From contig OX597817.1 of assembly GCA_951406725.2 (NCBI GenBank), positions 76,756,001 through 76,820,000 on the forward strand: a DNA stretch of 64,000 bases. Reading direction: 5' to 3'. The position numbers were made by a program, and so were the translations under genes. The notes beneath the pieces were generated by a model. The model did no database searches, was not told the DNA's origin, and saw only the letters and a program-made list of their open reading frames with translations. This document shows positions 28,597-41,380 of this stretch, piece by piece; positions within the stretch are counted from its first letter, which is position 1, and every line of letters starts with the position of its first letter. Source of the DNA: Octopus vulgaris. Lineage: Eukaryota.

Positions 28597-30923
28597 CATC
28601 GACCCCAGTGCGTAACTGGTACTTAATTTTATCGATTCCGGTGGAATTTGAACTCAGAACGAAATACCACTAAGACAAACGAAATACCGCTAAGCATTTC
28701 ACTCGACGTGCTAACGTTTCTTCTTTCTTTATTGCCACAAGGAGCTAAACAGAGAGGGGACAAACAAGGCCAGACAAAGGGATTAAGTCGACTACATCGA
28801 CCCCAGTGCGCAACTGGTACTTACGTACTTAATTTTATTGACCCCGAACGGGTGAAAGGCAAAGTCGACCTCGGTTGAATTTGAACTCAGAACGTAAAGA
28901 CAGACGAAATACTGCCAAGCAATTCGCCCGACGTGCTAACGTTTCTTATTTCTTTATTGCCCACAAGGGGCTAAACACAGAGGGGACAAACAAGGACAGA
29001 CAAAGGGATTAGGTCGATTACATCGACCCCATTGGGTAAATGGTACTTAATTTTATCGACCCCGAAAGGATGAAAGGTAAAGTCGACCTCGGTGGAATTT
29101 CAACTCAGAACGTAAAGACAGACGAAATACTGCTAAGCATTTCGCCCCACGTGCTGACGTTTCTTATTTCTTTATTGCACACAAGGGCTAAACACAGAGG
29201 GGACAAACAAGGACAGACAAAGGGATTAGGTCGATTACATCGACCCCATTGGGTAAATGGTACTTAATTTTATCGACCCCGAAAGGATGAAAGGTAAAGT
29301 CGACCTCGGTGGAATTTCAACTCAGAACGTAAAGACAGACGAAATACTGCTAAGCATTTCGCCCCACGTGCTGACGTTTCTTATTTCTTTATTGCACACA
29401 AGGGGCTAAACACAGAGGGGACAAACAAGGACAGACAAAGGGATTAGGTCGATTACATCGACCCCATTGGGTAAATGGTACTTAATTTTATCGACCCCGA
29501 AAGGATGAAAGGTAAAGTCGACCTCGGTGGAATTTCAACTCAGAACGTAAAGACAGACGAAATACTGCTAAGCATTTCGCCCCACGTGCTGACGTTTCTT
29601 ATTTCTGTATTGCACACAAGGGGCTAAACACAGAGGGGACAAACTAGGACAGACAAAGGCATTAAGTCAATTACATCGACCCCACTGGGTAAATGGTACT
29701 TAATTTTATCGACCCCGAAAGGATGAAAGGTAAAGTCGACCTCGGTGGAATTTCAACTCAGAACGTAAAGACAGACGAAATACTGCTAAGCATTTCGCCC
29801 CACGTGCTGACGTTTCTTATTTCTTTATTGCACACAAGGGGCTAAACACAGAGGGGACAAACAAGGACAGACAAAGGGATTAGGTCGATTACATCGACCC
29901 CATTGGGTAAATGGTACTTAATTTTATCGACCCCGAAAGGATGAAAGGTAAAGTCGACCTCGGTGGAATTTCAACTCAGAACGTAAAGACAGACGAAATA
30001 CTGCTAAGCATTTCGCCCCACGTGCTGACGTTTCTTATTTCTTTATTGCACACAAGGGGCTAAACACAGAGGGGACAAACAAGGACAGACAAAGGGATTA
30101 GGTCGATTACATCGACCCCATTGGGTAAATGGTACTTAATTTTATCGACCCCGAAAGGATGAAAGGTAAAGTCGACCTCGGTGGAATTTCAACTCAGAAC
30201 GTAAAGACAGACGAAATACTGCTAAGCATTTCGCCCCACGTGCTGACGTTTCTTATTTCTGTATTGCACACAAGGGGCTAAACACAGAGGGGACAAACAA
30301 GGACAGACAAAGGGATTAGGTCGATTACATCGACCCCATTGGGTAAATGGTACTTAATTTTATCGACCCCGAAAGGATGAAAGGTAAAGTCGACCTCGGT
30401 GGAATTTCAACTCAGAACGTAAAGACAGACGAAATACTGCTAAGCATTTCGCCCCACGTGCTGACGTTTCTTATTTCTTTATTGCACACAAGGGGCTAAA
30501 CACAGAGGGGACAAACTAGGACAGACAAAGGCATTAAGTCAATTACATCGACCCCACTGGGTAAATGGTACTTAATTTTATCGACCCCGAAAGGATGAAA
30601 GGTAAAGTCGACCTCGGTGGAATTTCAACTCAGAACGTAAAGACAGACGAAATACTGCTAAGCATTTCGCCCCACGTGCTGACGTTTCTTATTTCTTTAT
30701 TGCACACAAGGGGCTAAACACAGAGGGGACAAACTAGGACAGACAAAGGCATTAAGTCAATTACATCGACCCCACTGGGTAAATGGTACTTAATTTTATC
30801 GACCCCGAAAGGATGAAAGGCAAAGTCGACCTCGGTGGAATTTGAACTTAGAACATAAAGACAGATGAAATAACTCTAAGCATTTCGTCCGATGTGCTAA
30901 CGTTTCTGCCAGCTCGTCGCCTT
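28597..30923 (-). repeat. Tandem array of ~11 units (mostly 218 bp) derived from a family A SINE
   Basis: catcgacccc starts at 28597, 28795, 29021, 29238, 29456, 29674, 29892, 30110, 30328, 30546 and 30764. The SINE head is present only at the right end. Confidence 0.95.
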
Positions 30924-30999
30924 CAAGTATTTCGGATATTGTCTTTAACCGAGCAGCTTCCAGTAATATTTTTCTCTGATTGTTTCTAATATATCTTCC

Positions 31000-31143
31000 T
31001 CCGCCTCATCATCATTGTCATAATCATTATCATCATCTTTACTGTCGCCTTTATCATCTTTATCATCACCGTTACCGTCGTCGTCATCATCGTCGTGATT
31101 ATCATCATCACCATTGCCCCATCAGACTATCAACATCTTTGCT

Positions 31144-31174
<31 letters not shown>

Positions 31175-31372
31175 CTGCCATCATCATCACCATCATTGTC
31201 GTCGTCGTCATTATCATCATCATCATCATCATCACCATCATCGTCGTCGTCGTCATCTTCATCATCATCATCACTGCCATCATCATCACCATCATTGTCA
31301 TCGTCGTCGTCATCATCATCATCCTCATCATCACTGCCATCATCATCACCATCATTCTCATCGTCGTCGTCG

Positions 31373-31405
<33 letters not shown>

Positions 31406-31461
31406 CTGCCATCATCATCACCATTACCGTCCTCGTCGTCATTATCATCATCCTCATCATC

Positions 31462-31537
<76 letters not shown>

Positions 31538-31700
31538 CCACCATGATCATCGTCTACGTCATCATCATCATTACCGCCACCACCATCGTCTACGTCGTCG
31601 TCGTCGTCATCGTCCTTATCGCTGTTGTTGTCGGCATCATCATCGTCATTGTTGCCATTGTCGTCGGCGTTGTCGTTGTCGCCGTCGTAATTATCACTCA
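31000..31700. repeat. Degenerate (CAT/CGT)n microsatellite with higher-order units
   Basis: Recurrent catcactgccatcatcatcacc at ~31170, 31268, 31328 and 31401. Confidence 0.9.
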
Positions 31701-31866
31701 TACCAACCCTCATTAGTTTGAAGAATGTGAAGAATACACAGGGAATTCTATTTGTTCGAATGTACTAACCTGGCTGCTTCAACATTTCACATCATGTTAC
31801 ATAAAATGATGTTGTCCTAGGTTCTGTGTGGATGGAAGAGTTCAACTGGTAAATTAAGATGCCAAC

Positions 31867-31915
<49 letters not shown>

Positions 31916-31927
31916 GTGATAATAACA

Positions 31928-31994
<67 letters not shown>

Positions 31995-32300
31995 AATGTG
32001 AGAAAAATATTTGATAGAAGAAACGTATTAAGCAAAGTCGAGATGCATAGATAAATAGATAGGTAGGCAGACATATATATACACATATATATATATATAT
32101 AGATTACGGAGATGTACCTGCATAGCAAGTGATTTGATCTGAGATCGTGAGCTGAAACGAAAACAATTGCAGCGTGGAAGGTGTTTGTAAGCCATTTAAG
32201 AAACAAACAAAAGCCGTTCGATTCACTTCAACATTTAAGTTTCATTTGTCAAAATATTTTCGTCGCTTTAAGACCGCGACCTGTTCACTGACAAGCACGG

Positions 32301-32402
<102 letters not shown>

Positions 32403-32429
32403 ATATATATGTATACATATATATATATA

Positions 32430-32700
32430 ATTTTAATCCAAACGGGAAAACAGAAAAACAACAACACGTGGAACAATTACAGTATTATTATTAATAGGCG
32501 CTCAGGAAAGATGGAAGCAGGAAGGTATGACGTTTCGAGCGGAGCTCTTCGTCGGAAACATAAAGAAGGAAGAGAGAGGAAAGAAAGATCCCAAGGTGGG
32601 CAACAAGAGGGAGAAAAAAACGACTGGTGTTTACGAAGTACACATGGTGAAAGGCGGAAGTTTACGATAACAAGAGCAAAGTAGGTTTTTAAAGCCAAAA
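32430..32700 (-). mobile_element. Short repeat with mutated minimal hammerhead
   Basis: Homologous to 37060-37260. Minus strand 32558-32526 reads ttt-CCGACGA-agagc tcc gctc-GAAA-cgtc. The 3' end abuts (TA)n. Confidence 0.65.
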
Positions 32701-33328
32701 GAGTGGCGACAGGGTTGGTAACGCAACAGATGTGTGTATATGTGTGAGTGTGTGCGTGTGCGTGTGTGTATGTGTGTGTGAGGCCAGATAAAAAAACAAA
32801 AAATATATGTATATGTTAGTGTGTGCGTCTGTGTGTAGGCGTGTGAGGTAGGGCGAACAGTAGTAGGCATAGCAGACAGTGGTCAGTAGTAAAAAAATGA
32901 AGGAAGGAGGAAGGGAGGGAGGGGAAGGGGTGGGGGCGTATGTAACGTGCCAGCGTGTGTGTTGAGCAGTAGTGTGTGTGTGTGTCCAGTGTCGTAGTTG
33001 TATGTATGGCGAGTAGATTTGAAGTGTGTGTAAGAGTAATGTATATATTTAAGCAAATGTGTGTGTGTGAGTGGGTGTATGTATGTGTGCGCGTGTGTGT
33101 AACAAAAAAGGGGGGTTATAAGGAAAAAGGACTCCAGCTGAGGGGAAGATGGAAGAGTGGTCCCGCGGAGACGGGCGTGGGAGAACCCAACGACAGGCGA
33201 CGGCCCCAGAAACGAGCGGGAGGTCTCGTCGGGTCCAAGAGCGAGGTGCATGCATGCGCGTATGCGTGCGCGAACCGGCGCAAATGTATATATATGTATA
33301 TAGACAGACAGATAGATAGGTAGAGAGC

Positions 33329-33360
<32 letters not shown>

Positions 33361-33498
33361 TATAAAGGTAAATAAATAGATAGATTCATAGATACATAGA
33401 TAGATGGATAGGTAGAAAAACAGACAGATAGATTGGTAGGTAGGTAGATGGATGGATGGATGGATGGATGGACAGACAGACAAACAGACAGACATATG

Positions 33499-33583
<85 letters not shown>

Positions 33584-33698
33584 AGTGAGAGAGTGATATA
33601 AGTACAAGAAAATGGCTAACATGATAAAAAGCTAGAGAAATTGATCAACAGACAATAATTGGTAGAAAACTAGATAATTGATTGACTGAAAAACAGAG

Positions 33699-33763
<65 letters not shown>

Positions 33764-33985
33764 AAGGAACATGAGAGTGATGTAAGGAGGCAGAGATAAG
33801 CAGAGGGTCGGGACAATTCAAATGAGAGGAGGAGTGGCAATGAAAAAGGAGTTGGGAAGGAGGTATAGTTATCAGAGAGTAGCAGAAATACTGATTAGAA
33901 AGCTAGTCTAGAAACAGAGTGAGAGAGCAGAAAGCGAGAGTGGAGAAGGGATTAAGTAAAATATAGCAGAAAGAGAGAGAGAGAC

Positions 33986-34020
<35 letters not shown>

Positions 34021-34579
34021 GAGAGAGGGGGCACGATAGACAAAGAGAGAGGAGGAGGAAATAGGATGGTGACGTAGCTTAGTACGTGAAGCCAGTGGGA
34101 CATTAGAGAGGAACTGTAATTTAGCAGAGATATTATAAGAGACAAGAGAGAGAAGAGAGAACATAAAGGAAAAGAAAGGGCGTGGTGTTGAAGGTGATGG
34201 TGATTGTGGCGGTTGTGATAGTTTGGGTAATAGAGTAGAAGAGTATATAAAGGAAACAATACAAAACCATTCGAAAATCAGGGTGAAAGCACACATACAC
34301 GCGCACAGACATATATATATATACATATACACACACTCATTTATGCGCATACATATATGTATACATGTGCACATATATACATATAAATATGTGCATGTAT
34401 ACATACACATACATATATGAACACACACACACAAAGAAAATCCATATGTGCATTTTGCCCTTTAACATTGTGTATTAGGTTTCAGTTAATGTGTGTGTGT
34501 TTGTGTGTACATGTATATATAGTGCATTGTTCCACGATGGCAAAATCAACAAAAAAGTACTCAGTCTGGCGAGAGATAA

Positions 34580-34808
34580 ATAATGTTTGATAAACACAGT
34601 GTTTGTTTTTATGTGCTACTATTAGTTTCATGTGCTGAGAAGATACCAATCAGTATTTTATAACACGTCTGGTGTACCAGTACAATGTGGGTAGTGTCTG
34701 ATGATCGTGCTGGGACACCAGACACTTTATAAAATACTGTTTGGCATGTTCTCAGTACATGAAACTTATAGTAACATAGGAAAATATATATTATATTTAT
34801 TAAATAAT
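34580..34808. mobile_element. Fold-back PLE-like remnant with hammerhead motif
   Basis: Imperfect inverted arms ~34580-34683 and ~34705-34808. Plus strand 34694-34777 reads gtgt-CTGATGA-tcgtgctgggacaccagaca..tgtttggcatgttctcagtacat-GAAA-cttatag-TA-acat. Confidence 0.65.
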
Positions 34809-34831
34809 GTATATGTATATGTGTGTATATC

Positions 34832-34875
<44 letters not shown>

Positions 34876-34935
34876 TCTAAACATACATATATATATGTGT
34901 GTATATATATATATATGTGTGTGTGTGTATATATA

Positions 34936-34989
<54 letters not shown>

Positions 34990-34991
<2 letters not shown>

Positions 34992-35170
34992 AGGAGAATT
35001 CACGAAAAAAACAAAGGACGAAGACAGGTGGTGTAGAAAACAAAACAGATGTATTAGTATAACGCTCGGGAATTGAAAATGTCTTTTACGTTTTGAGCCT
35101 ACGCTCTTCCACAGAAAGAAACAAGGAGAGACAAAAATGGTTGCAGTGGGTACCGATTTATCATGGCGAT
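34990..35170 (-). mobile_element. Second copy of the 832-1020 family
   Basis: Shared gacgaag.cag.tggtgta.aaacaaa.cagatgtat.agta.a.cgctc. Minus strand reads cttt-CTGTGGA-agagc gtag gctc-AAAA-cgta-aaag. Confidence 0.65.
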
Positions 35171-35179
35171 AGCTTTCAT

Positions 35180-35516
35180 CTTTCACTTGCATCAGTTATT
35201 AGATTGTGACCATGCTGGGACACCATCTTGAAATTTTAGTCGAATGAATCAGCCTCAGTACTTTTTTTTAAACCTGGTACCTATTTTGTCGGGGGGGGGG
35301 GGGAGTTTATTGCCTAACTGCTAGTGTACAGGGACGGAAAATAAACATGCCAAAACCGTTTGCCAAGCTGTGATGGGCGGACAAACAGACACAAAAATAC
35401 ACACACACACACACACACACATATCCATGTATATATATTCATATACATATGTACATATTTATATACATATTCGTATATGAATATATGTATAGATGCAAAA
35501 TATTTGAATATATTCA

Positions 35517-35555
<39 letters not shown>

Positions 35556-35556
35556 T

Positions 35557-35587
<31 letters not shown>

Positions 35588-35730
35588 TTCTCTCTCTCTC
35601 ACTCCGCGACGCGCTTCTTTCTGTTTCCGTCTCCCAAATCCACTTAAAAAGGTTTTGGTCGGCCCGAGGAATGAACCTGGTACCATGTGGTTGGGACGCA
35701 AACTTCTTACCATACAGTCACGTCGGCACA
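35180..35730 (-). mobile_element. Diverged family B SINE with expanded internal microsatellites
   Basis: ccatgctgggacacc...ggacaaacagacac...tttccgtctcccaaatccact...accatgtggttgg...cttacca. Confidence 0.7.
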
Positions 35731-36228
35731 TTTGGACACACACACACACACACACATACACACACACACGCACACTCACATACACTAACACACACGCATA
35801 GTACATACACATATCACAACCACCACCACCACCAACACCACCATCACCACCACTAACATCATTACCAACAGCCCACTGCTGCAGAAGCAGAGTATATAAC
35901 TAAGCGAACCGTGATATACACACATTCTCTCTAACTAACCTAAGTCTTCTGAACGTTTCCACTTGGTGTGGTCTTTGAACGATAATTGAAGGAAAAACTG
36001 CCATGAACTCCATGGCTGGCTTTTACTTAAAGTGTTCTCTTAAGCATCAGTTGAGTAGCAACGTCAACCGTTACCTTGCTGTTTTTCTACAGAGTTCTTC
36101 ATGCATTTTCCTGCTCTACTTCCTTCTCTTTCTTTTCCCCGCCTACCACCTACTCCTCTCGCTTCGTTGTATCGTTAACATTAACTGATAACGCTGTTGT
36201 TTTCTCTCCCTCTGTATATATATGTATG

Positions 36229-36330
<102 letters not shown>

Positions 36331-36345
36331 TGTATGTATGTGTGT

Positions 36346-36411
<66 letters not shown>

Positions 36412-36460
36412 GTATATGTATATGTATATATATGTATGCATATATATATATATATATATA

Positions 36461-36550
<90 letters not shown>

Positions 36551-36825
36551 AATGTCTATATATATATATACATATATGTATATATACATATATATACATA
36601 CTTACATATATATATATATATATATATATATACATGTGCATATATATTTGTGCGAATGTCTGTCTGCGTGTGTATATTTATTGCTGTTATGATATTCGTA
36701 ATTTCTTGTTTCCCACTCGTTGTGGCTGTCGTTCTTGGTCGGGGTAGTGTTGTTTGGGCTGGTGGTCAGCATGGTAGTGGTGGTGGTGGTAGTGTTGGGA
36801 GCAACAATACCAATTGTGATAATCA

Positions 36826-36869
<44 letters not shown>

Positions 36870-37122
36870 GTGATGGTGATATTGAACAACGTATTCTTGG
36901 AACTAATGAGGAAGCTAGTCGGTCATCATCCTCGTCTATCTACGTATCTATCTTAATATTTACATATTACCCTTTCTATTTATGATCTGTTTATCTATCC
37001 ATCCATATATCACCATCTCACAATTTATCTACATCTATCTATCATTCAATATGTGACCGCGCGTGTATCGTTGGCGATTTTCTTTCTCCGTCTTCCCTTC
37101 CTTGGATCTTTCCTTTTGCTAT

Positions 37123-37157
37123 GTTTCTGACGAAGAGCTCTGCTCGAAACGTTAGAT
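37123..37157 (+). ncRNA. Minimal type I hammerhead ribozyme motif
   Basis: gttt-CTGACGA-a-gagc tct gctc-GAAA-cg-TT-agat with palindromic ACGT stem III, inside a repeat at ~37060-37260 that ends in (TATC)n. Confidence 0.75.
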
Positions 37158-37257
37158 CCTCCTTGTTTCTTTCCTTTCCTGAGCGTCCAATAGCACAATA
37201 CTTGTTCCAAGTCCTCGCCTTGTGTTTTCTCTTTCTGTTTTCATGTTTCGATTAATT

Positions 37258-37360
<103 letters not shown>

Positions 37361-38199
37361 GCTGTCTGTCTGTCTGTCTATATGTCTGTCTGTCTCTATA
37401 TCTATCCATCCATCCATCTATTTCTTTCTCAGTTTCCATCTTCCTATTAATTTTTATGCTTGTATGTATGTATGTAACTATTCATCTTCACATATCTGTC
37501 TGCGTTTATCAATCTGTTTATTTTTCTAATTATCTGTCAACATGGCTGGTCAACCTTCCTGAAATAGCACCTAAATCTCCCTAAAAACACACCCTGCCTT
37601 CTGAAATAAGATAAAAATCTGCTGGAAATACTATATTTGAAGGAAAGAGTTGGTATGGCTGCCACTGGATCGATTGTGTCTAAAATTCAACGATCGTGTG
37701 ATAGACCATACGAATTCTTTTATCGTATAGTCTGAGTTGTTTACCATGTTAGAATGTTTTTTACCCGTCGAATAAAATTCAGCGATTACTGTTCCGTTTT
37801 TCTTTTTCTCATGTCATAACTACTGCACAACCTGTCTTTGTTGCTTTATAATGTCTGTGCTATTTAATACTAATTAAGCTATTAAAGATTTCGATAGAAT
37901 GCTTCATCCTATTTGTTACAGATGATGATGATGTTGATGGCGATGGTGTTGTGGTTATTGCTTCTTGTGGATTGATGTCAACAATGCTTCTACAACAAGA
38001 TGGCGTCGTTGGATTTGTTGCAACTACAGATGTTGTTTCAGAGTAATCGTAAAAAATAATTGTTGCATGGTTGCTGCAGTAGTAGTTGTTGTTGTTGTTG
38101 TTGCTGATGTTGTTTTTGCTTTTGTAGTTGTTGCTGTTGCTGCTGCTGATGATGATAATGTGTGTGATGCTTTCAGTATCGGCAATCATTATCAACGGT

Positions 38200-38244
38200 G
38201 TCTTTTTCTTCTTCTTCTTCTTCTTCTTCTTCTTCTTCTTCTTC

Positions 38245-38276
<32 letters not shown>

Positions 38277-38730
38277 CTTCTTCTTCTTCTTCTTCTTCTT
38301 CTTCTTCTTCTTCTTCTTCTTCTTCTTCTTCTTCTTCTTCTTCTTCTTCTTCTTCTTCTTCTATTTTCCCTTCCTCTCCTTCTTCCTTTTCTTGTTTTTT
38401 CTTCTTCCCCCTCTCCTTGTTGCTGTTCTTCTTCCTTTTCTTCTTGTTCTACTTCTTTTTGTCTTTTACTTGTTCTTTTACTTCTTTTTCTTTTTCTTCT
38501 TGTTTTTCTTCGTCTTCGTCTTCTTCTTCTTCTTCTTCTTCTTTTTCTTCTTCTTCTTCTTCTTCTTCTTCTTCTTCTTCTCCTTCTTCTTCTTCTTCTA
38601 CTACTTCTTTTATTTCCTCTTCCTCTTTCTTCTTCTTCCCTCTCTCCTTCTTGTCCTTGTTCTTTTTCTTCTTCTACCTTTTTCTTTTATTCCTTCCTCC
38701 TCTTCTTCTTCTTGCCTTCCTCCTCCTTAT
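38200..38730. repeat. (CTT)n and polypyrimidine low-complexity tract
   Basis: Long cttcttctt runs with degenerate flanks. Confidence 0.95.
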
Positions 38731-39923
38731 CATCATCATGACTACAACCTCTACCATTTGCGTGTTCTATATATATAATTACACTTTTTCTTCCAGTCTC
38801 AGTGTTGTAAGATGTGTGAATGTATATGTATCTCTGTGTGTTTCTATATGTGCGTGCATGTGTATTTGTGGATTTTTGCAGTCTTGTATGTGTGTGGTTG
38901 CCTCTGTGTGTGTGTGAGTGTGTATGTGTGTGTGTGTGAGCGTGTAGGTCTGTGTGTGCACGCGCATGTGTGTGTTGCGTGCATCTATTAATCAATACAA
39001 TGATGAACAGTGACGTTTCGGTAATTCATTCATCATAGGATTATGCAATATTGTCGGTGTCTGAAAGCAGATCTTCACTTCTAACATTCGCTTTAACATG
39101 ATATATAAACTGTTTAAAAAGGCGCAGAGAGAAGAGAAGCGTCAAGTCTCATTCAACTGCTTGTTATAATCGATCTTACTGGAGGACGAGTATCGAGTCC
39201 TAGCCCCATTAAAAGTATTAACCCAAAGGCTAACTCGCAGACACAATCACATATGCATGTATACATACATACATATATATATATATGCAAACCTGCCTAT
39301 TCGTCTGTATGTCTCTATAGACAAATACAGATACATATATATATATAAATACATATAGTTATATTTAAAATTGAATAAGGGCAGAAATTGATATTAATCA
39401 ATTAAAACCGGTGGCCTAGCATATTAAAAAAATCCGAAGATTAAAATATTTTTTACATACAAAATTTAAAGGACTGACCATTAAAGTGGACAGTTAATAT
39501 GCTAGATATAGACGTCAAAATTGCTATTTTCCACGAAGAATGTGTTCTCAAGAAAAAAACTCAGCAAAAAACCAAAGTGTAAAAAAATAAGCAAGACAAA
39601 TGAAAATATACGAAATAAAAATGTTGTATATATATATATATGTATGTATGTATATATGTATGTATATATAACCTAATATATGTATATATGTAAACCTAAC
39701 TATTCGTATGTATATATGTAAACCTAACTATTCGTCTGGCTGTCTCTATAGACAAATACAGACACATCGAAATACCATACAACTTAAATTATTGAATTCA
39801 TTAATATTACTTATGTACTTAGATATACATACATACATACATGCATGCATGCATACATACATACATACATACATACATACATACATACATGCATACATAC
39901 ATACATACACACACATACGTACA

Positions 39924-40001
<78 letters not shown>

Positions 40002-40809
40002 TGTATGTATGTATGTATGTATGTATGTATGTATGTATGTATGTACGTATCTATTCATAAATACATATATATGTATGCGTGTCTGTATCGACATATAAAT
40101 ATAGCACAAATATGTATGTATGAATTTTATACATATATATACATACATACATACATCGAGGCATTGCAGAAATGCGTACAAGCATATTAACGTGGCATAA
40201 TTTTAACAGACATTTGTTGGGTACATATTCGAAATGATATTGTCAAATTGCCTAAGTCATTCAGTTGTCGAGCTCTCTAAATTTTGTATACCTGTATTTT
40301 TGTGCGTGTGTATGTGTGTCTGTGTGCGTGTATGTGTATGTGTGTGCGTGAATACATTTAGGTGTGTGTGAACGTGTGTTTAAGCATATATGTTTTTATG
40401 TGAATATATGTTTTTTTCATCTTGTCTCTCTTTTCACTTACTGGAAAGTTAACTATGCACAGTTGAATGTCTGAGTACTCTCAACGTAAAAAAAATGATT
40501 TAGGTGTATACATTGAAGTAAGTGTTCCGTATGACAGAGAAAACATATGTAAGTACAGATGAGAAATGAGATATAAGCCAGATAAGAATAATCTAAATAA
40601 CAGCACATTTTGTTGCTAAGCAAGAGATATATGGTTCGATTCAACACTGCGGTTTTCTTCTTATTTGTTTTCATCTCGAATAGGAGTTGACAAATGCTAA
40701 GTTGACGAATATTGTTTACGGCGAGCAGGTAAAATCGTTAGCATGTAGCGCAGAATACTGACCGGTATTCGTCTATCTTTACGTTTTGAGTTCATAATAA
40801 TAATAATTA

Positions 40810-40881
<72 letters not shown>

Positions 40882-40883
40882 TT

Positions 40884-41127
40884 GAAAGAGAGAGCAGTGC
40901 ATGTCATCGAAGTGACACTGGGGTAATATATACGAAGCCCAGTATACCCATCACGACCACCCGTCTGATAAGGGTACACCAGGCACATGCATCACAACAC
41001 TATGTGCGTGACATGGTGATCTCATATCAAGATACACAGCGCATTACCTTGCAGGTTGGGCCCAGTTGGAACTTTCTTCAGTTTGAGTAGCCCATCTTTT
41101 ATACCAAGATATATTATATGAAAACAC
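40884..41127 (-). mobile_element. Internally deleted copy of the 3684-4232 family
   Basis: Same terminus; lacks the segment between the two gtagcccatc repeats of the longer copy. Confidence 0.8.
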
Positions 41128-41291
41128 ACAGCTTATTTTGCTGGGTATGAGGGAACGTGTCAGTTGTCTACAGCCAGTAGGCTAAAGTGACACTCGTTTA
41201 CTGGTCGTGCTTCAAGAATCCTGTAAAGAATTCTTGCAGTTCCAAGTAATGCTGATTGTTGTAGGAGTTCTACCTTCATGCTTGCACCAAT
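41113..41291 (-). pseudogene. R4/Dong-clade C-terminus and 3' UTR
   Basis: Minus strand 41291-41205 reads IGASMKVELLQQSALLGTARILYRILEA; compare IQKVALLGTAHILRRTL at ~43655-43710. Confidence 0.75.
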
Positions 41292-41380
41292 CTCGGCGGA
41301 ATTTCAACTCCCCCTTTTTGCATCTGTTTTTACAATCATTTATATTTTTTTAAATATTTATTTCCTTTTCCTTTTTACTT

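Noticed and set aside
28597-30923. Regular array resembling a CRISPR
   Set aside because: Whole 218-bp units repeat with no unique spacers, the context is eukaryotic, there are no cas genes, and the unit is SINE-derived.
30980-31721. His-rich or Asp-rich 200-aa ORFs
   Set aside because: Open in several frames on both strands because of the CAT repeat; no splice or domain evidence.
35885-36188. TATA-like box and gccATG 61-aa ORF
   Set aside because: Expected by chance in AT-rich DNA; no recognisable protein or splice support.
39008-39040. Minus-strand atgatga..acc-gaaacgtc hammerhead-like string
   Set aside because: The first core base is wrong and stems I and II do not pair convincingly.
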